A DNA stretch of 64,000 bases from an uncultured Bacilli bacterium (lineage in GTDB: Bacteria; Bacillota_I; Bacilli_A; RF39; UBA660). This document shows, in pieces, positions 40,296 to 50,774 of this stretch (position 1 is its first letter; each line of letters starts with the position of its first letter). A program made the position numbers and the translations under genes. Where the stretch lies: assembly GCA_944359065.1 (NCBI GenBank), contig CALVSP010000001.1:4314-68313 (forward strand), in the 5' to 3' direction. The notes beneath the pieces are model-generated. The model was not told the DNA's origin. It saw only the letters and a list, made by a program, of their open reading frames with translations, and did not search any database.

Positions 40296-40977
40296 CTATT
40301 GGTTTAAAATTCATACGAACTTTAAATTCACCACCCAAAATATTATCAGTACAATCAGGATCTTCGCCTTCAATCCATAAAACTATTGTATACTTGTCAA
40401 TATCGTTAGGTTTAAAATTAGTAACATCTTCACTCATGATTATATTATCATCAATAAAAGGAATTGTATTTGGTTCTGCTTCTCCTTCGCTTGATAATTT
40501 TGCATAAGTAAGATATTCTCCATTCTTATAAATTCTAACTCTGATGGCAGCATCAACATTCTTGATAACATCATCGATAATAACTTCTCTAGTATAACTA
40601 GCAATTTCATCACCAGTATTTTCAATATAAAATGTATATACTAAATAACTATCGCCATTATGTGATCCACCTTCATAATCTTTGATTTCTTCAGGTAGCC
40701 ATATTTCCTTAATACTATTAAAAGTTTCAGGTGCTTTAGCAAGTAGTTCTGTACGATATACTTTATATTGGAAATCGTCATAAATAATTATGCCATTATC
40801 TAAATAAAGATTTTTATCGAGTGTTATGCTAAAATTACCACTATTATAAACAATACCTATTACAAAATATAAAATAAGTAAAAGCAAAAGTAATAATATC
40901 ACAGCTAGTTTAAATTTTTTCTTGAGTTTTTTTTCTTTTTTTAATTTATCGGTAGTTTTAGTAAATTTACTTTCCAT
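40285..40977 (-). CDS. membrane-anchored 230-aa paralogue of 30479..31174; first gene of cassette 2
   Basis: Near-identical TM plus NSGNFSITLDKNLY. C-terminal KYTIVLWIEGEDPDCTDNILGGEFKVRMNF. Confidence 0.55.
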   Translation of the reverse strand: MESKFTKTTDKLKKEKKLKKKFKLAVILLLLLLLILYFVIGIVYNSGNFSITLDKNLYLDNGIIIYDDFQYKVYRTELLAKAPETFNSIKEIWLPEEIKDYEGGSHNGDSYLVYTFYIENTGDEIASYTREVIIDDVIKNVDAAIRVRIYKNGEYLTYAKLSSEGEAEPNTIPFIDDNIIMSEDVTNFKPNDIDKYTIVLWIEGEDPDCTDNILGGEFKVRMNFKPIDAE

Positions 40978-41030
40978 CTTTTACCTACACCCCTTTTTGT
41001 ATACTACGATATCCTTTACAATACAATATA

Positions 41031-41058
41031 ATTATAACATACCTACTTTTTTTGTCAA
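41031..41058 (-). promoter_or_regulatory. duplicate consensus promoter (TTGACA-16-TATAAT) driving cassette 2
   Basis: The sequence 41014..41060 is near-identical to 31223..31268. ATTGTCGA x2 upstream at 41064..41082. Confidence 0.6.
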
Positions 41059-41142
41059 TATTAATTGTCGACTATTGTCGAAAATTGTGTGATTTTTGTG
41101 AAAATATCATGTCAAATTTGTTATAATATAATTGGTGATAAA

Positions 41143-41721
41143 ATGAAATTTATATATGCTATTTTTATTAGTCTTTTATTTATTGTTAATGTAAATGCTC
41201 AAAAATTAGAAGTTACTTTAGATAGTTGTGTCGATGGTGATACTGCTTGGTTTATTTTAAATAATGAAAGAATTAAAACAAGATTTTTAGCTATCGATAC
41301 GCCTGAATCTACTAATAAAAAAGAACCATATGGTAAAGAGGCTAGTGATTTTACTTGTAATATTTTAAGTAATGCTAGTAAGATCGAAATTGAATATGAT
41401 CCTAATAGTGACAAATTAGATAAATATGACCGCCATTTAGTTTGGATATTTGTCGATGATAATTTATTACAAGACTTAATTATTAAAAATGGTTTAGGTG
41501 AAGTTGCTTATTTATATGGTGATTACCAATATACATATATTTTAGAAGCTAGTCAATTGATTGCTAAAACGAGTAAAATTGGTATTTGGAGTGAAACAAA
41601 TGATTACTTATATGTTATAATAGGTATTGCTATTTTTATTGTAATTTTAATAGTTTGTATTTTTAATAAAAAAATTAGAAAAAAAGTATTTAAAAAAATA
41701 TTAAAAAAAATAGGAGTTTAA
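41143..41721 (+). CDS. secreted thermonuclease (staphylococcal nuclease / SNase fold) with C-terminal membrane anchor
   Basis: Signal peptide MKFIYAIFISLLFIVNVNAQ. DGDTAWF...RFLAIDTPE...YGKEAS...DRHLVWIFVDD are SNase motifs. C-terminal TM IIGIAIFIVILIVCIF. The track start at 41065 was replaced by the ATG at 41143, which is preceded by a ggtga RBS. Confidence 0.7.
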   Translation: MKFIYAIFISLLFIVNVNAQKLEVTLDSCVDGDTAWFILNNERIKTRFLAIDTPESTNKKEPYGKEASDFTCNILSNASKIEIEYDPNSDKLDKYDRHLVWIFVDDNLLQDLIIKNGLGEVAYLYGDYQYTYILEASQLIAKTSKIGIWSETNDYLYVIIGIAIFIVILIVCIFNKKIRKKVFKKILKKIGV

Positions 41722-41724
41722 TTT

Positions 41725-42111
41725 ATGAAATATTATTTAGTGCCAATTGAAGAAGTTAGAACATTTGATAAAGGGGTTAATGATTTTTTAAAAATTATGT
41801 ATCCTAAAATATATAATTTATATAGTAGAGGATTTACTGTTGATAGATTTGTTACTAAAGCATTAGATAACAATAATTTACCAACTCATATTTTGTTTGA
41901 ATCAAAGCAAAAATTTAATTCAAAAAAAATAAAAGTTATCGAACCAATTACTGAAATTGAATTGAAATTTCCTTTATTTTATTGTCTTGCTCACGAGGTC
42001 ACAAGACAAAAAGCATTGTTTTATTTAAGGAATTTAAGTGAACAACAAATTGAAGTGTCGCTATTTCATTTTATAAATTTATTTATGAGCGAAAAGAAAA
42101 ATGTAAAATAA
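41725..42111 (+). CDS. hypothetical protein
   Basis: 128-aa ORF, 4 bp after the nuclease gene. Confidence 0.4.
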   Translation: MKYYLVPIEEVRTFDKGVNDFLKIMYPKIYNLYSRGFTVDRFVTKALDNNNLPTHILFESKQKFNSKKIKVIEPITEIELKFPLFYCLAHEVTRQKALFYLRNLSEQQIEVSLFHFINLFMSEKKNVK

Positions 42112-42149
42112 TCGAATTTCCACTAAAAAAGCTTTAGGTTTTCCTAAAG

Positions 42150-42290
42150 TTATTTTAAATTACAAGATATATATTCTTCATTTATATCTTTTGTTTCTTC
42201 TAGTTTGGTACTAGGTGTACTAATAATAGTTATCCCTAACATAATAATAATAAAGGCAATAATAGTTTTATCTTTTAACATTTCTTTCAT
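42150..42290 (-). CDS. 46-aa single-TM peptide (MKEMLKDKTIIAFIIIMLGITIIS...), not in the ORF track; second gene of a LexA-controlled operon
   Basis: ATG at 42290, preceded by GGAG with 8-nt spacing. Overlaps the stop of the upstream HTH gene by 4 nt. One hydrophobic helix. Confidence 0.35.
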   Translation of the reverse strand: MKEMLKDKTIIAFIIIMLGITIISTPSTKLEETKDINEEYISCNLK

Positions 42291-42469
42291 AATTCAATCT
42301 CCATTCTTTTAATAAAATAAATTTTTTCAATTTTGTTTTCAAATATTACTGGTTTGTAATCTTTATATCTTTCTTTAATTTCCTGATTTAATTTTTTAAT
42401 CAACAAACAAACTTTTCTTTTACTATAACCAGTCAATAATTGAATATCTTTAATTGTATAGTATTCCAT
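42287..42469 (-). CDS. small HTH DNA-binding protein (excisionase/HTH_17-like), SOS-regulated
   Basis: MEYYTIKDIQLLTGYSKRKVCLLIKK. Start taken at ATG 42469 with RBS aaaggaaggg. Its promoter TTGACA-17-TAAAAT (42493..42521) has a Cheo box in the spacer. Confidence 0.5.
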   Translation of the reverse strand: MEYYTIKDIQLLTGYSKRKVCLLIKKLNQEIKERYKDYKPVIFENKIEKIYFIKRMEIEL

Positions 42470-42501
42470 AGCACCCTTCCTTTCATGATTTAATTTTATC
42501 A

Positions 42502-42515
42502 CGAACAAATATTCG
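42502..42515. promoter_or_regulatory. LexA (Cheo) box 1: CGAACAAATATTCG
   Basis: Matches the Firmicute SOS box CGAACnnnnGTTCG with one mismatch. Located in the spacer of the divergent promoter. Confidence 0.6.
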
Positions 42516-42539
42516 TGTCAATACATTTTTGATAAAAAA

Positions 42540-42553
42540 CGAAAATATGTTTG
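42540..42553. promoter_or_regulatory. LexA box 2 (CGAAAATATGTTTG), overlapping the -35 of the lexA promoter (ttgaca 42551..42556; -10 taagat 42574..42579)
   Basis: Two mismatches to consensus. Position is consistent with lexA autoregulation. Confidence 0.45.
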
Positions 42554-42610
42554 ACAAATGTAAAATTATATGTTAAGATGTTAATAGAAAGTTAAAAGGA
42601 GGTTTTCACT

Positions 42611-43228
42611 TTGGAAAAATTAACTAATCAACAAGAAAAAATGTTAGATATAATTAAAAAATATGTTGTCAAACACGGATATGCACCAACCGTAAGAGAA
42701 TTATGTCAAGAAATGAATTTATCAAGTACAGCAACAGTTCAAGTTCACTTAAATAACTTAGAAAAAAAAGGATATATTAAAAAAGAAGAAAGTAAAAATA
42801 GAACGATTGAAATATTAGTTGACAATGAATATGAAATTAAAAATGAATTAATTACTGAAGTACCACTACTTGGTAAAATTACAGCTGGTAATCCAATTGA
42901 AGCAATTGAAAGACCAGATGAATATTTTAGCTTACCATCATATTTAATACCTAAAAATAAAGATGTTTTTACTTTATTAGTAAGTGGTGAAAGTATGATT
43001 AATGCTGGTATTTTAGATGGCGATATCGTTATAGTTGAAAGAAAAAATACCGCTAATAATGGTGAAATAGTTGTAGCAATGACTGATGAAAACGAAGTAA
43101 CATTAAAAACATTTTATAAAGAAAAAGATCATTTTAGGTTACAACCTGAAAATGATACAATGGCACCATTTATTATGAATAATGTTACAATTTTAGGTAA
43201 AGCTATTGGCTTATATAGAAAAATATAA
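42611..43228 (+). CDS. lexA: LexA repressor (S24 peptidase)
   Basis: N-terminal winged HTH (TVRELCQEMNLSSTATVQVHLNNLEKKGYI). C-terminal VSGESMINAGILDGDIVIV...EVTLKTF (Ser-Lys dyad region). TTG start after aaggagg. Confidence 0.9.
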   Translation: MEKLTNQQEKMLDIIKKYVVKHGYAPTVRELCQEMNLSSTATVQVHLNNLEKKGYIKKEESKNRTIEILVDNEYEIKNELITEVPLLGKITAGNPIEAIERPDEYFSLPSYLIPKNKDVFTLLVSGESMINAGILDGDIVIVERKNTANNGEIVVAMTDENEVTLKTFYKEKDHFRLQPENDTMAPFIMNNVTILGKAIGLYRKI

Positions 43229-43236
43229 AAATCAGG

Positions 43237-45447
43237 TTATTCCTGATTTTTTTCTAATTTAACTAATACTTCTCTAGGTTTAGATCCATTAGATGGACCG
43301 ATAATACCTCTTTCCTCTAATAAATCAATTGCTCTAGCAGCCCTATTATAACCCAATCTAAATCTTCTTTGTAATAATGAAGCACTAGCTTTTCCTTGCG
43401 TTACAACAAATTCTACTATTTCATTATATAATGGTTCTTCCATTGCATCATCAGTCATCGTTGTAGCACCTTTTACATCTTCAGAAGCAATTTGTAATGA
43501 TTCATCATATCTTGCTTTTTGTTGGGATATTGTATAATCAGCAACCGATTTAATCTCTTCATCAGATATAAAAGTTCCTTGAACTCTTATTGGAATATTT
43601 TCTCCTTGTGGCAAAAATAACATATCACCTTTACCTAATAATTTTTCCGCACCAGTCATATCCAATATCGTTCTTGAATCGATACTAGAAGATACGGCAA
43701 ATGAAATACGCGATGGAATATTAGCCTTTACAACACCCGTAATTACATCGGTAGATGGCCTTTGAGTTGCAACGATTAAATGAATTCCTGCTGCTCTTGC
43801 CATTTGCGTAATTCGCATAATAGATTCTTCAACTTCTTTAGCAGCAACTAACATTAAATCTGCTAACTCATCGATTATAACTACGATATATGGTAGTTTT
43901 TTTATTTGTCCAAATTCATCTTTTGTTTTATTTTTCTTTTCTAAATAAGCATTATATCCCGCAATATTTTTTGTTCCTGTTTCTTCAAATAAATCATATC
44001 TATGCTCCATTTCAGTAACAATTTTTTTAAGAACTATATTCGCTTTTTTAGGATCAGTTACCACTGGCGTTAATAGGTGTGGTACACCGTTATACATTGA
44101 TAATTCAACTTTTTTAGGATCAACTAAAACTAATTTAACTTCATCTGGTTTAGTACGCATTAATATTGATATCAACATACTATTAATACATACAGATTTA
44201 CCAGAACCAGTTGAACCTGCAACTAATAAATGTGGTGTTTTATTTATTTCACAAAATATTGGTTTACCCATTATATCCTTACCTAAAGTTACTAACAATT
44301 TTGAATCTTCCATTCCTTTAGGAACACTTTCTAATATTTCTCTTACACTAACCATCGTTACAGATTTATTAGGTATTTCCACACCAACAGTTTTTTTACC
44401 AGGAATTGGCGCTTGTATATGGACACTTTTAGCCGCTAACGCCAAAGCAAGTTCCTTATCTAAACTTACGATTCTACTTAATTTAGTTCCTGCTTTAATA
44501 TCTAATTCGTATTGTGTTACCGCAGGTCCAATATTAATTGCAACAACTTTCGCCTCGATTCCAAAATCTTTAAATACTGTTTGTAATATATCGATAGTAT
44601 CCTTAATTGCTTCTTGATTTTCTTTATTATTTTTCTTAGTTGGTTTAGATAATAAACTAATTGGCGGATACTTATAATTAACATTAACCTTGTCATCGCT
44701 TTTTATTTCATCTAACTCAATTGTTTCAATATCATCTTTTTTAACTTCTTCCGTTTGAATAATTTCATCCATACTAGAAATAACAATTTTATCATTTTTT
44801 TCATATTCATCTTCAACTTTTTTAATATGTTCTTTATCTTTAGTTTTGTGGGCTAAATTAACTGTTCCTTGAACTGTTTTTTTAACGCCTTCTTTTAATG
44901 ACTTAATAATATCATAAATAGTAATGCCAGTAAATAAAATAAATCCACATATTATTAAAGCAATACTTACAACATTAGCCCCTTGTAATGATACTAATTT
45001 TACCATTGTGACACTTAAAACTGCTCCTATCATTCCCCCACCTTGAATATCCATCGAGCCATCAATAAAATAATTTAGATTATTAAATGTTTCTTCAATA
45101 ACAGTACCATAGCCAATAGTATCATCAATGATTAATTGTTTGATATATCCTAAATGAAATAAACATAATATACCTAATATAATTATATATAATCCTATTA
45201 ATTTACTAGTTAATAAATCTGGTTTTGTTCTTTTTACAATCATATAGCCACCGATAACACCAACTATTACTAATAAAATAGTCCATAAAACTCCAACTAA
45301 GAAGCCAGCAAATCCAACTATAATATTAGATAATAAACCAAATCGACAACAACCGATTATAGCCGCTAAAATTAATAATATTCCATATATCTCAACTCTT
45401 GCAGTATTATCTTTCTTTACTTCTTTTCTTACTTTTTTCTTAGTCAT
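43237..45447 (-). CDS. ftsK: DNA translocase FtsK/SpoIIIE
   Basis: 736 aa. N-terminal 4-5 TM helices. Motor domain with HLLVAGSTGSGKSVCIN and VVIIDELADLM. C-terminal gamma domain (winged helix). Confidence 0.9.
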   Translation of the reverse strand: MTKKKVRKEVKKDNTARVEIYGILLILAAIIGCCRFGLLSNIIVGFAGFLVGVLWTILLVIVGVIGGYMIVKRTKPDLLTSKLIGLYIIILGILCLFHLGYIKQLIIDDTIGYGTVIEETFNNLNYFIDGSMDIQGGGMIGAVLSVTMVKLVSLQGANVVSIALIICGFILFTGITIYDIIKSLKEGVKKTVQGTVNLAHKTKDKEHIKKVEDEYEKNDKIVISSMDEIIQTEEVKKDDIETIELDEIKSDDKVNVNYKYPPISLLSKPTKKNNKENQEAIKDTIDILQTVFKDFGIEAKVVAINIGPAVTQYELDIKAGTKLSRIVSLDKELALALAAKSVHIQAPIPGKKTVGVEIPNKSVTMVSVREILESVPKGMEDSKLLVTLGKDIMGKPIFCEINKTPHLLVAGSTGSGKSVCINSMLISILMRTKPDEVKLVLVDPKKVELSMYNGVPHLLTPVVTDPKKANIVLKKIVTEMEHRYDLFEETGTKNIAGYNAYLEKKNKTKDEFGQIKKLPYIVVIIDELADLMLVAAKEVEESIMRITQMARAAGIHLIVATQRPSTDVITGVVKANIPSRISFAVSSSIDSRTILDMTGAEKLLGKGDMLFLPQGENIPIRVQGTFISDEEIKSVADYTISQQKARYDESLQIASEDVKGATTMTDDAMEEPLYNEIVEFVVTQGKASASLLQRRFRLGYNRAARAIDLLEERGIIGPSNGSKPREVLVKLEKNQE

Positions 45448-45499
45448 TTTAAATCACCTTCTACAATAAAATTATATCATATTTTATAATAAAAAGGAA

Positions 45500-47177
<1,678 letters not shown>

Positions 47178-47187
<10 letters not shown>

Positions 47188-47981
47188 TTCTCTATTCTCC
47201 TATTTTTTATGTATGTATTTATCTGTTCAATATATTCTTTTATATAATCTTTTTTATCTTTTTTTATTTCAAATTTTTCTAAAATTTCATCTAAACTAGC
47301 AACAAGCTCATCTAATTTAGGTACTATATCTGAAATGAAATCATAATGATTATCAATTATGTAATCAATTATTTCAGGAATCTCAAAATATTGATAACCT
47401 ACACAACAATATGGAATACCAACAGATTTATAACTATTAAAAGAAAAACCATTATCAAATGAAGGCGGCAACCTATATTGTTTTGTTTTTTCATTAAATA
47501 TTAAACCAATATTTTCCATTTTAGCATCAATATTCTCTGTTATGCATTTTCCAAATAATATTCTTATATATTCTTTTTTTAACTCATTTTGATTTTCCTT
47601 TGATATCATACCTAAATTGACAAATTTATTAAATATTTGTTCAAAACATAATCTAAGTTCTTCTTCTCTTAACGATGTTCTAACGGGAATCCAATCCAAC
47701 CATTCATATAGCACATCAGCTTCATCAGTTAAAAAATTTGTTACTAAACAGCAATTATGTCTAGCATAAAGATCATACCCTAATTGAACATCAACACAAG
47801 GAATATTAATTTGACCTAATATTATACTAGTCAAACATTCCATAACATCTTGATCTGTATTTTTACTAACTTTAACCAGTTTTTTTACATTATCGTCAGC
47901 AACCCAGAATTTTTCATTTACAGCTTTACCTCGTGGCTCAATTCTTAAAAATTCTAGTTTTGACACATCTACTCGTTCCAT
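47178..47981 (-). CDS. HipA-like kinase C-terminal domain protein
   Basis: ENIDAKMENIGLIFNEKTKQYRLPPSFDNGFSF resembles HipA_C (DxHxxNxSllxxxxxxxrLAPxYD). Confidence 0.45.
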
Positions 47982-47983
47982 AC

Positions 47984-48283
47984 TTATCTTTCTCTTTCAT
48001 ATTTAATTAATAATTTATCCGTGATTAATTCACCATAATCCCGTTTCATCGATTCTATACTAAAATTATAATATCTATTTTTAAACACTTGAAACAAATC
48101 TTTACTTTTATACATTTTATTAATATCCAACATATCAGGAAATGGACGAAAACCTTCTTTCATAGCTTTTTTAATACAATTAGAATTATATTTAAAATAC
48201 CATAAATCATCGTAAATTAAAAAGCCAACTACTTGTTTATTTTTTTCGTCATAACTATGCCATATTACATAAAAAACTTCCAT
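47984..48283 (-). CDS. hypothetical protein, 3 bp upstream of the HipA-like gene (possibly a split HipA N-part)
   Basis: 99-aa ORF. Confidence 0.35.
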   Translation of the reverse strand: MEVFYVIWHSYDEKNKQVVGFLIYDDLWYFKYNSNCIKKAMKEGFRPFPDMLDINKMYKSKDLFQVFKNRYYNFSIESMKRDYGELITDKLLIKYERER

Positions 48284-48286
48284 AAA

Positions 48287-49618
48287 TCACCTCAAACTAT
48301 TTATTACTCTTTTAAAGTCATCTCCTCTATCTTCAAATTTTTCATATTGATCCCAAGATGCACAAGCTGGACTTAATAATATAACATCATTTTCTTTAGA
48401 ATTATCATAAGCCAAAATAGTTGCTTCTTCTAAGTTATCCTTTTTATAACAAGTTATATTATTTTTATTACAAAAATCTAAAATTCTTTCTTTTGTTTCG
48501 CCATAACACACAACAAATTTAACATTATTCATATGAGGTAATAATTCATCGAAAGAATGTCCTCTATCTAATCCCCCTAATAACAAAATAGTCGGTTGTT
48601 TAAATGAATCTAAAGCAATAATTGTCGATGTTACATTAGTTGCTTTTGAATCATTATAAAAACTTCTTTTATTTAATTCTTTAACAAATTCTAAACGATG
48701 TTCAACCCCTGCAAAAGTTGTTAAAATTTCTTTAATAACTTCATTAGATACATTAAAATATTTAGCCACGACAATCGCACACATAATATTTTCATAATTA
48801 TGATTACCTTTTAACCTAATATCATCTAATTTGATAATTTCTTCATTATAATAAATTGCGTTATTTTTAATACATATATCACATTCCTTAGAAGAAGAAA
48901 AATAAACTTTTTTAGATTTAATATCATTAGTTAAATCGATAACATCTTGATTACCACCGTTTAAAATGACTAAAGAGGTATTATGATTAAATATTTTTTT
49001 CTTGCATCTTTTATAATTTTCATAAGTTTTAAAATGATCTAAATGAACTGGCGTTAAATTGGTTAAAATACCAATATCCGTTCTAAAATCGTAAAAATCG
49101 TGTAATTGTTGAGCAGATAATTCGATTACAATTATTTCATTTTCCTTTAATTCATCTAATAAAGAACACATTGGATACCCTATATTTCCACCTAAATGGA
49201 CAGGTAATCCAGCACTTTTTAATATTTCATAAGTTAATGTTGTCGTTGTTGTTTTACCATTACTACCAGTAACAGCAACTATTTTAGTATTCTTTGGTAA
49301 ATAATGATAAGCAACTTCTAATTCATTAATAACTGGTATATTTAATTCTTTTGCTTTCAAACATACTTTATGATCTACTTTTATACCAGGATTTTTAACA
49401 ACATAAGCAAAACTATCATCTAATAATTCTTCTGGTTTATCAGTAATTATTAAATTAATTCCCAACTCTTTTAATTCTTTTACTTTTTCTTCATCTTGTT
49501 CCTTCATATCGGTAATTAAAATTTCACAATTATGTTTAACTAAAACTTTAGCAACTTCATAACCTGATCTTGCCATACCTAATATGAACATTTTTTTATT
49601 GTCATACATTTCTATCAC
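48287..49618 (-). CDS. murD: UDP-N-acetylmuramoyl-L-alanine--D-glutamate ligase
   Basis: GMARSG and VTGSNGKTTTTTL are Mur ligase motifs. 443 aa. Confidence 0.9.
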   Translation of the reverse strand: MIEMYDNKKMFILGMARSGYEVAKVLVKHNCEILITDMKEQDEEKVKELKELGINLIITDKPEELLDDSFAYVVKNPGIKVDHKVCLKAKELNIPVINELEVAYHYLPKNTKIVAVTGSNGKTTTTTLTYEILKSAGLPVHLGGNIGYPMCSLLDELKENEIIVIELSAQQLHDFYDFRTDIGILTNLTPVHLDHFKTYENYKRCKKKIFNHNTSLVILNGGNQDVIDLTNDIKSKKVYFSSSKECDICIKNNAIYYNEEIIKLDDIRLKGNHNYENIMCAIVVAKYFNVSNEVIKEILTTFAGVEHRLEFVKELNKRSFYNDSKATNVTSTIIALDSFKQPTILLLGGLDRGHSFDELLPHMNNVKFVVCYGETKERILDFCNKNNITCYKKDNLEEATILAYDNSKENDVILLSPACASWDQYEKFEDRGDDFKRVINSLR

Positions 49619-49681
49619 CTACTAACATTATATCATTTTTTATTATAAAATATAAAAAAATTGTAATATTTCATACAATTT

Positions 49682-50125
49682 TTACAGATTATTTAGTTTT
49701 TCTTTTACTAATTTATTAACTAATGACATATCAGCTTTACCTTTAAGTAATGGTGAGATTTTACCCATAATTTTTCCTGTATCTTGAGCACTAGTTGGAT
49801 TTACTTCCTTAAATACTTCTTCAATTACTTTATTTATTTCTTCTTCACCCATCATAGCAGGCATATATTTTTCTAATATGCTTATTTCTTTTTCTGCTTG
49901 TTTAATCAATTCTGTTCTACCACTTTTTTCTAAATCAGTAATTGTTTCTTTTCTAGTTTTGATTTGTTTAGAAATTACTGCTACTACTTCTTCATCAGTT
50001 AATTCTCTTTTTTTACTAATTTCTTCTAATTGAATAGCTCCTTTAACCATTCTTACAACATTAAGTAAATCTTTGTTTTGATTTTTCATCGCATTTTTTA
50101 AATCGATTAATATTCTTTCTTTCAT
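49682..50125 (-). CDS. yqeY: GatB/YqeY domain protein
   Basis: 147 aa. The conserved rpsU-yqeY arrangement of Bacillota. Confidence 0.75.
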   Translation of the reverse strand: MKERILIDLKNAMKNQNKDLLNVVRMVKGAIQLEEISKKRELTDEEVVAVISKQIKTRKETITDLEKSGRTELIKQAEKEISILEKYMPAMMGEEEINKVIEEVFKEVNPTSAQDTGKIMGKISPLLKGKADMSLVNKLVKEKLNNL

Positions 50126-50161
50126 TATTCATTCCCTTTCTATTTAAAAAAGCCATAAGGC

Positions 50162-50353
50162 TTAATTATAATTTCTTTCACGACGACGACTATTTTTTAT
50201 TGCTTCTTTTTTAGCTTCTCTTCTTCTTTCTCCTGGTTTACTATAGTGTTCTCTTTTTCTTACTTCTTTTAGGAGGCCATCTTTAACATTTTTTTGTTTA
50301 AACATTTTTAATGCACCATCAACATTACCATTTTTGACTACAACTCTTGACAT
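50162..50353 (-). CDS. rpsU: 30S ribosomal protein S21
   Basis: MSRVVVKNGNVDGALKMFKQK...RRREAKK. The start was moved to the second Met of the track ORF. Confidence 0.9.
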   Translation of the reverse strand: MSRVVVKNGNVDGALKMFKQKNVKDGLLKEVRKREHYSKPGERRREAKKEAIKNSRRRERNYN

Positions 50354-50420
50354 ATGATCCCTCCTTCCACACAACTACTTGAGATTATATCACTTTTTTC
50401 TTTTGTTTACAATAGTTTTT

Positions 50421-50459
50421 AAACAAAAATAAAGAAAAAGAATGATTTTCACCATTCTT
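50421..50459 (-). terminator. rho-independent terminator ending the bacteriocin operon, upstream of rpsU
   Basis: Stem aagaatg/cattctt (50438..50444 / 50453..50459) with an 8-nt loop, followed on the minus strand by tttttctttattttt. Confidence 0.55.
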
Positions 50460-50602
50460 TTAGACTGGACAAGAAGTTAAGCATCTAATAGAAGAACCTA
50501 CTAAATTGCCAAATTTAAATATTATTTCCACACATATAGGAAACAAAGGTAATAAACAAAGTACTACAACGGCTAATATAATTTGTTTATAATAATTTTT
50601 TA

Positions 50603-50764
50603 TTATACTGGACACACTGAACCTGATATCGCTCTTCTAATCGCACTACCTAAGCTTCTTCCGACATCCATTATTGCTTCAATTCCTTTATAAATTGAAC
50701 TTAATAAACTACCAGTAATATTGATACCACCTACTACTTGTAATAATTCTTCTTTTTCTAACAT
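50603..50764 (-). CDS. class II bacteriocin-like precursor peptide with double-glycine leader (not in the ORF track)
   Basis: MLEKEELLQVVGG | INITGSLLSSIYKGIEAIMDVGRSLGSAIRRAISGSVCPV (53 aa). Perfect RBS ggaggtg 7 nt upstream of the ATG. Confidence 0.7.
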   Translation of the reverse strand: MLEKEELLQVVGGINITGSLLSSIYKGIEAIMDVGRSLGSAIRRAISGSVCPV

Positions 50765-50774
50765 AATTCACCTC

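Noticed and set aside
41065-41142. Longer N-terminal extension of the thermonuclease ORF (track start 41065, MSTIVENCVIFVKISCQICYNIIGDK)
   Set aside because: The extension overlaps the promoter of the gene. The internal ATG at 41143 has an RBS and gives a canonical signal peptide, so the shorter form is far more plausible.
50460-50602. Hydrophobic reading frame (...ILAVVVLCLLPLFPICVEIIFKFGNLVGSSIRCLTSCPV*) between bacteriocin peptide 1 and the terminator. Considered as an immunity protein.
   Set aside because: There is no ATG/GTG in frame. The only TTG start has no RBS and would give 29 aa. I am not confident enough to call it a gene.
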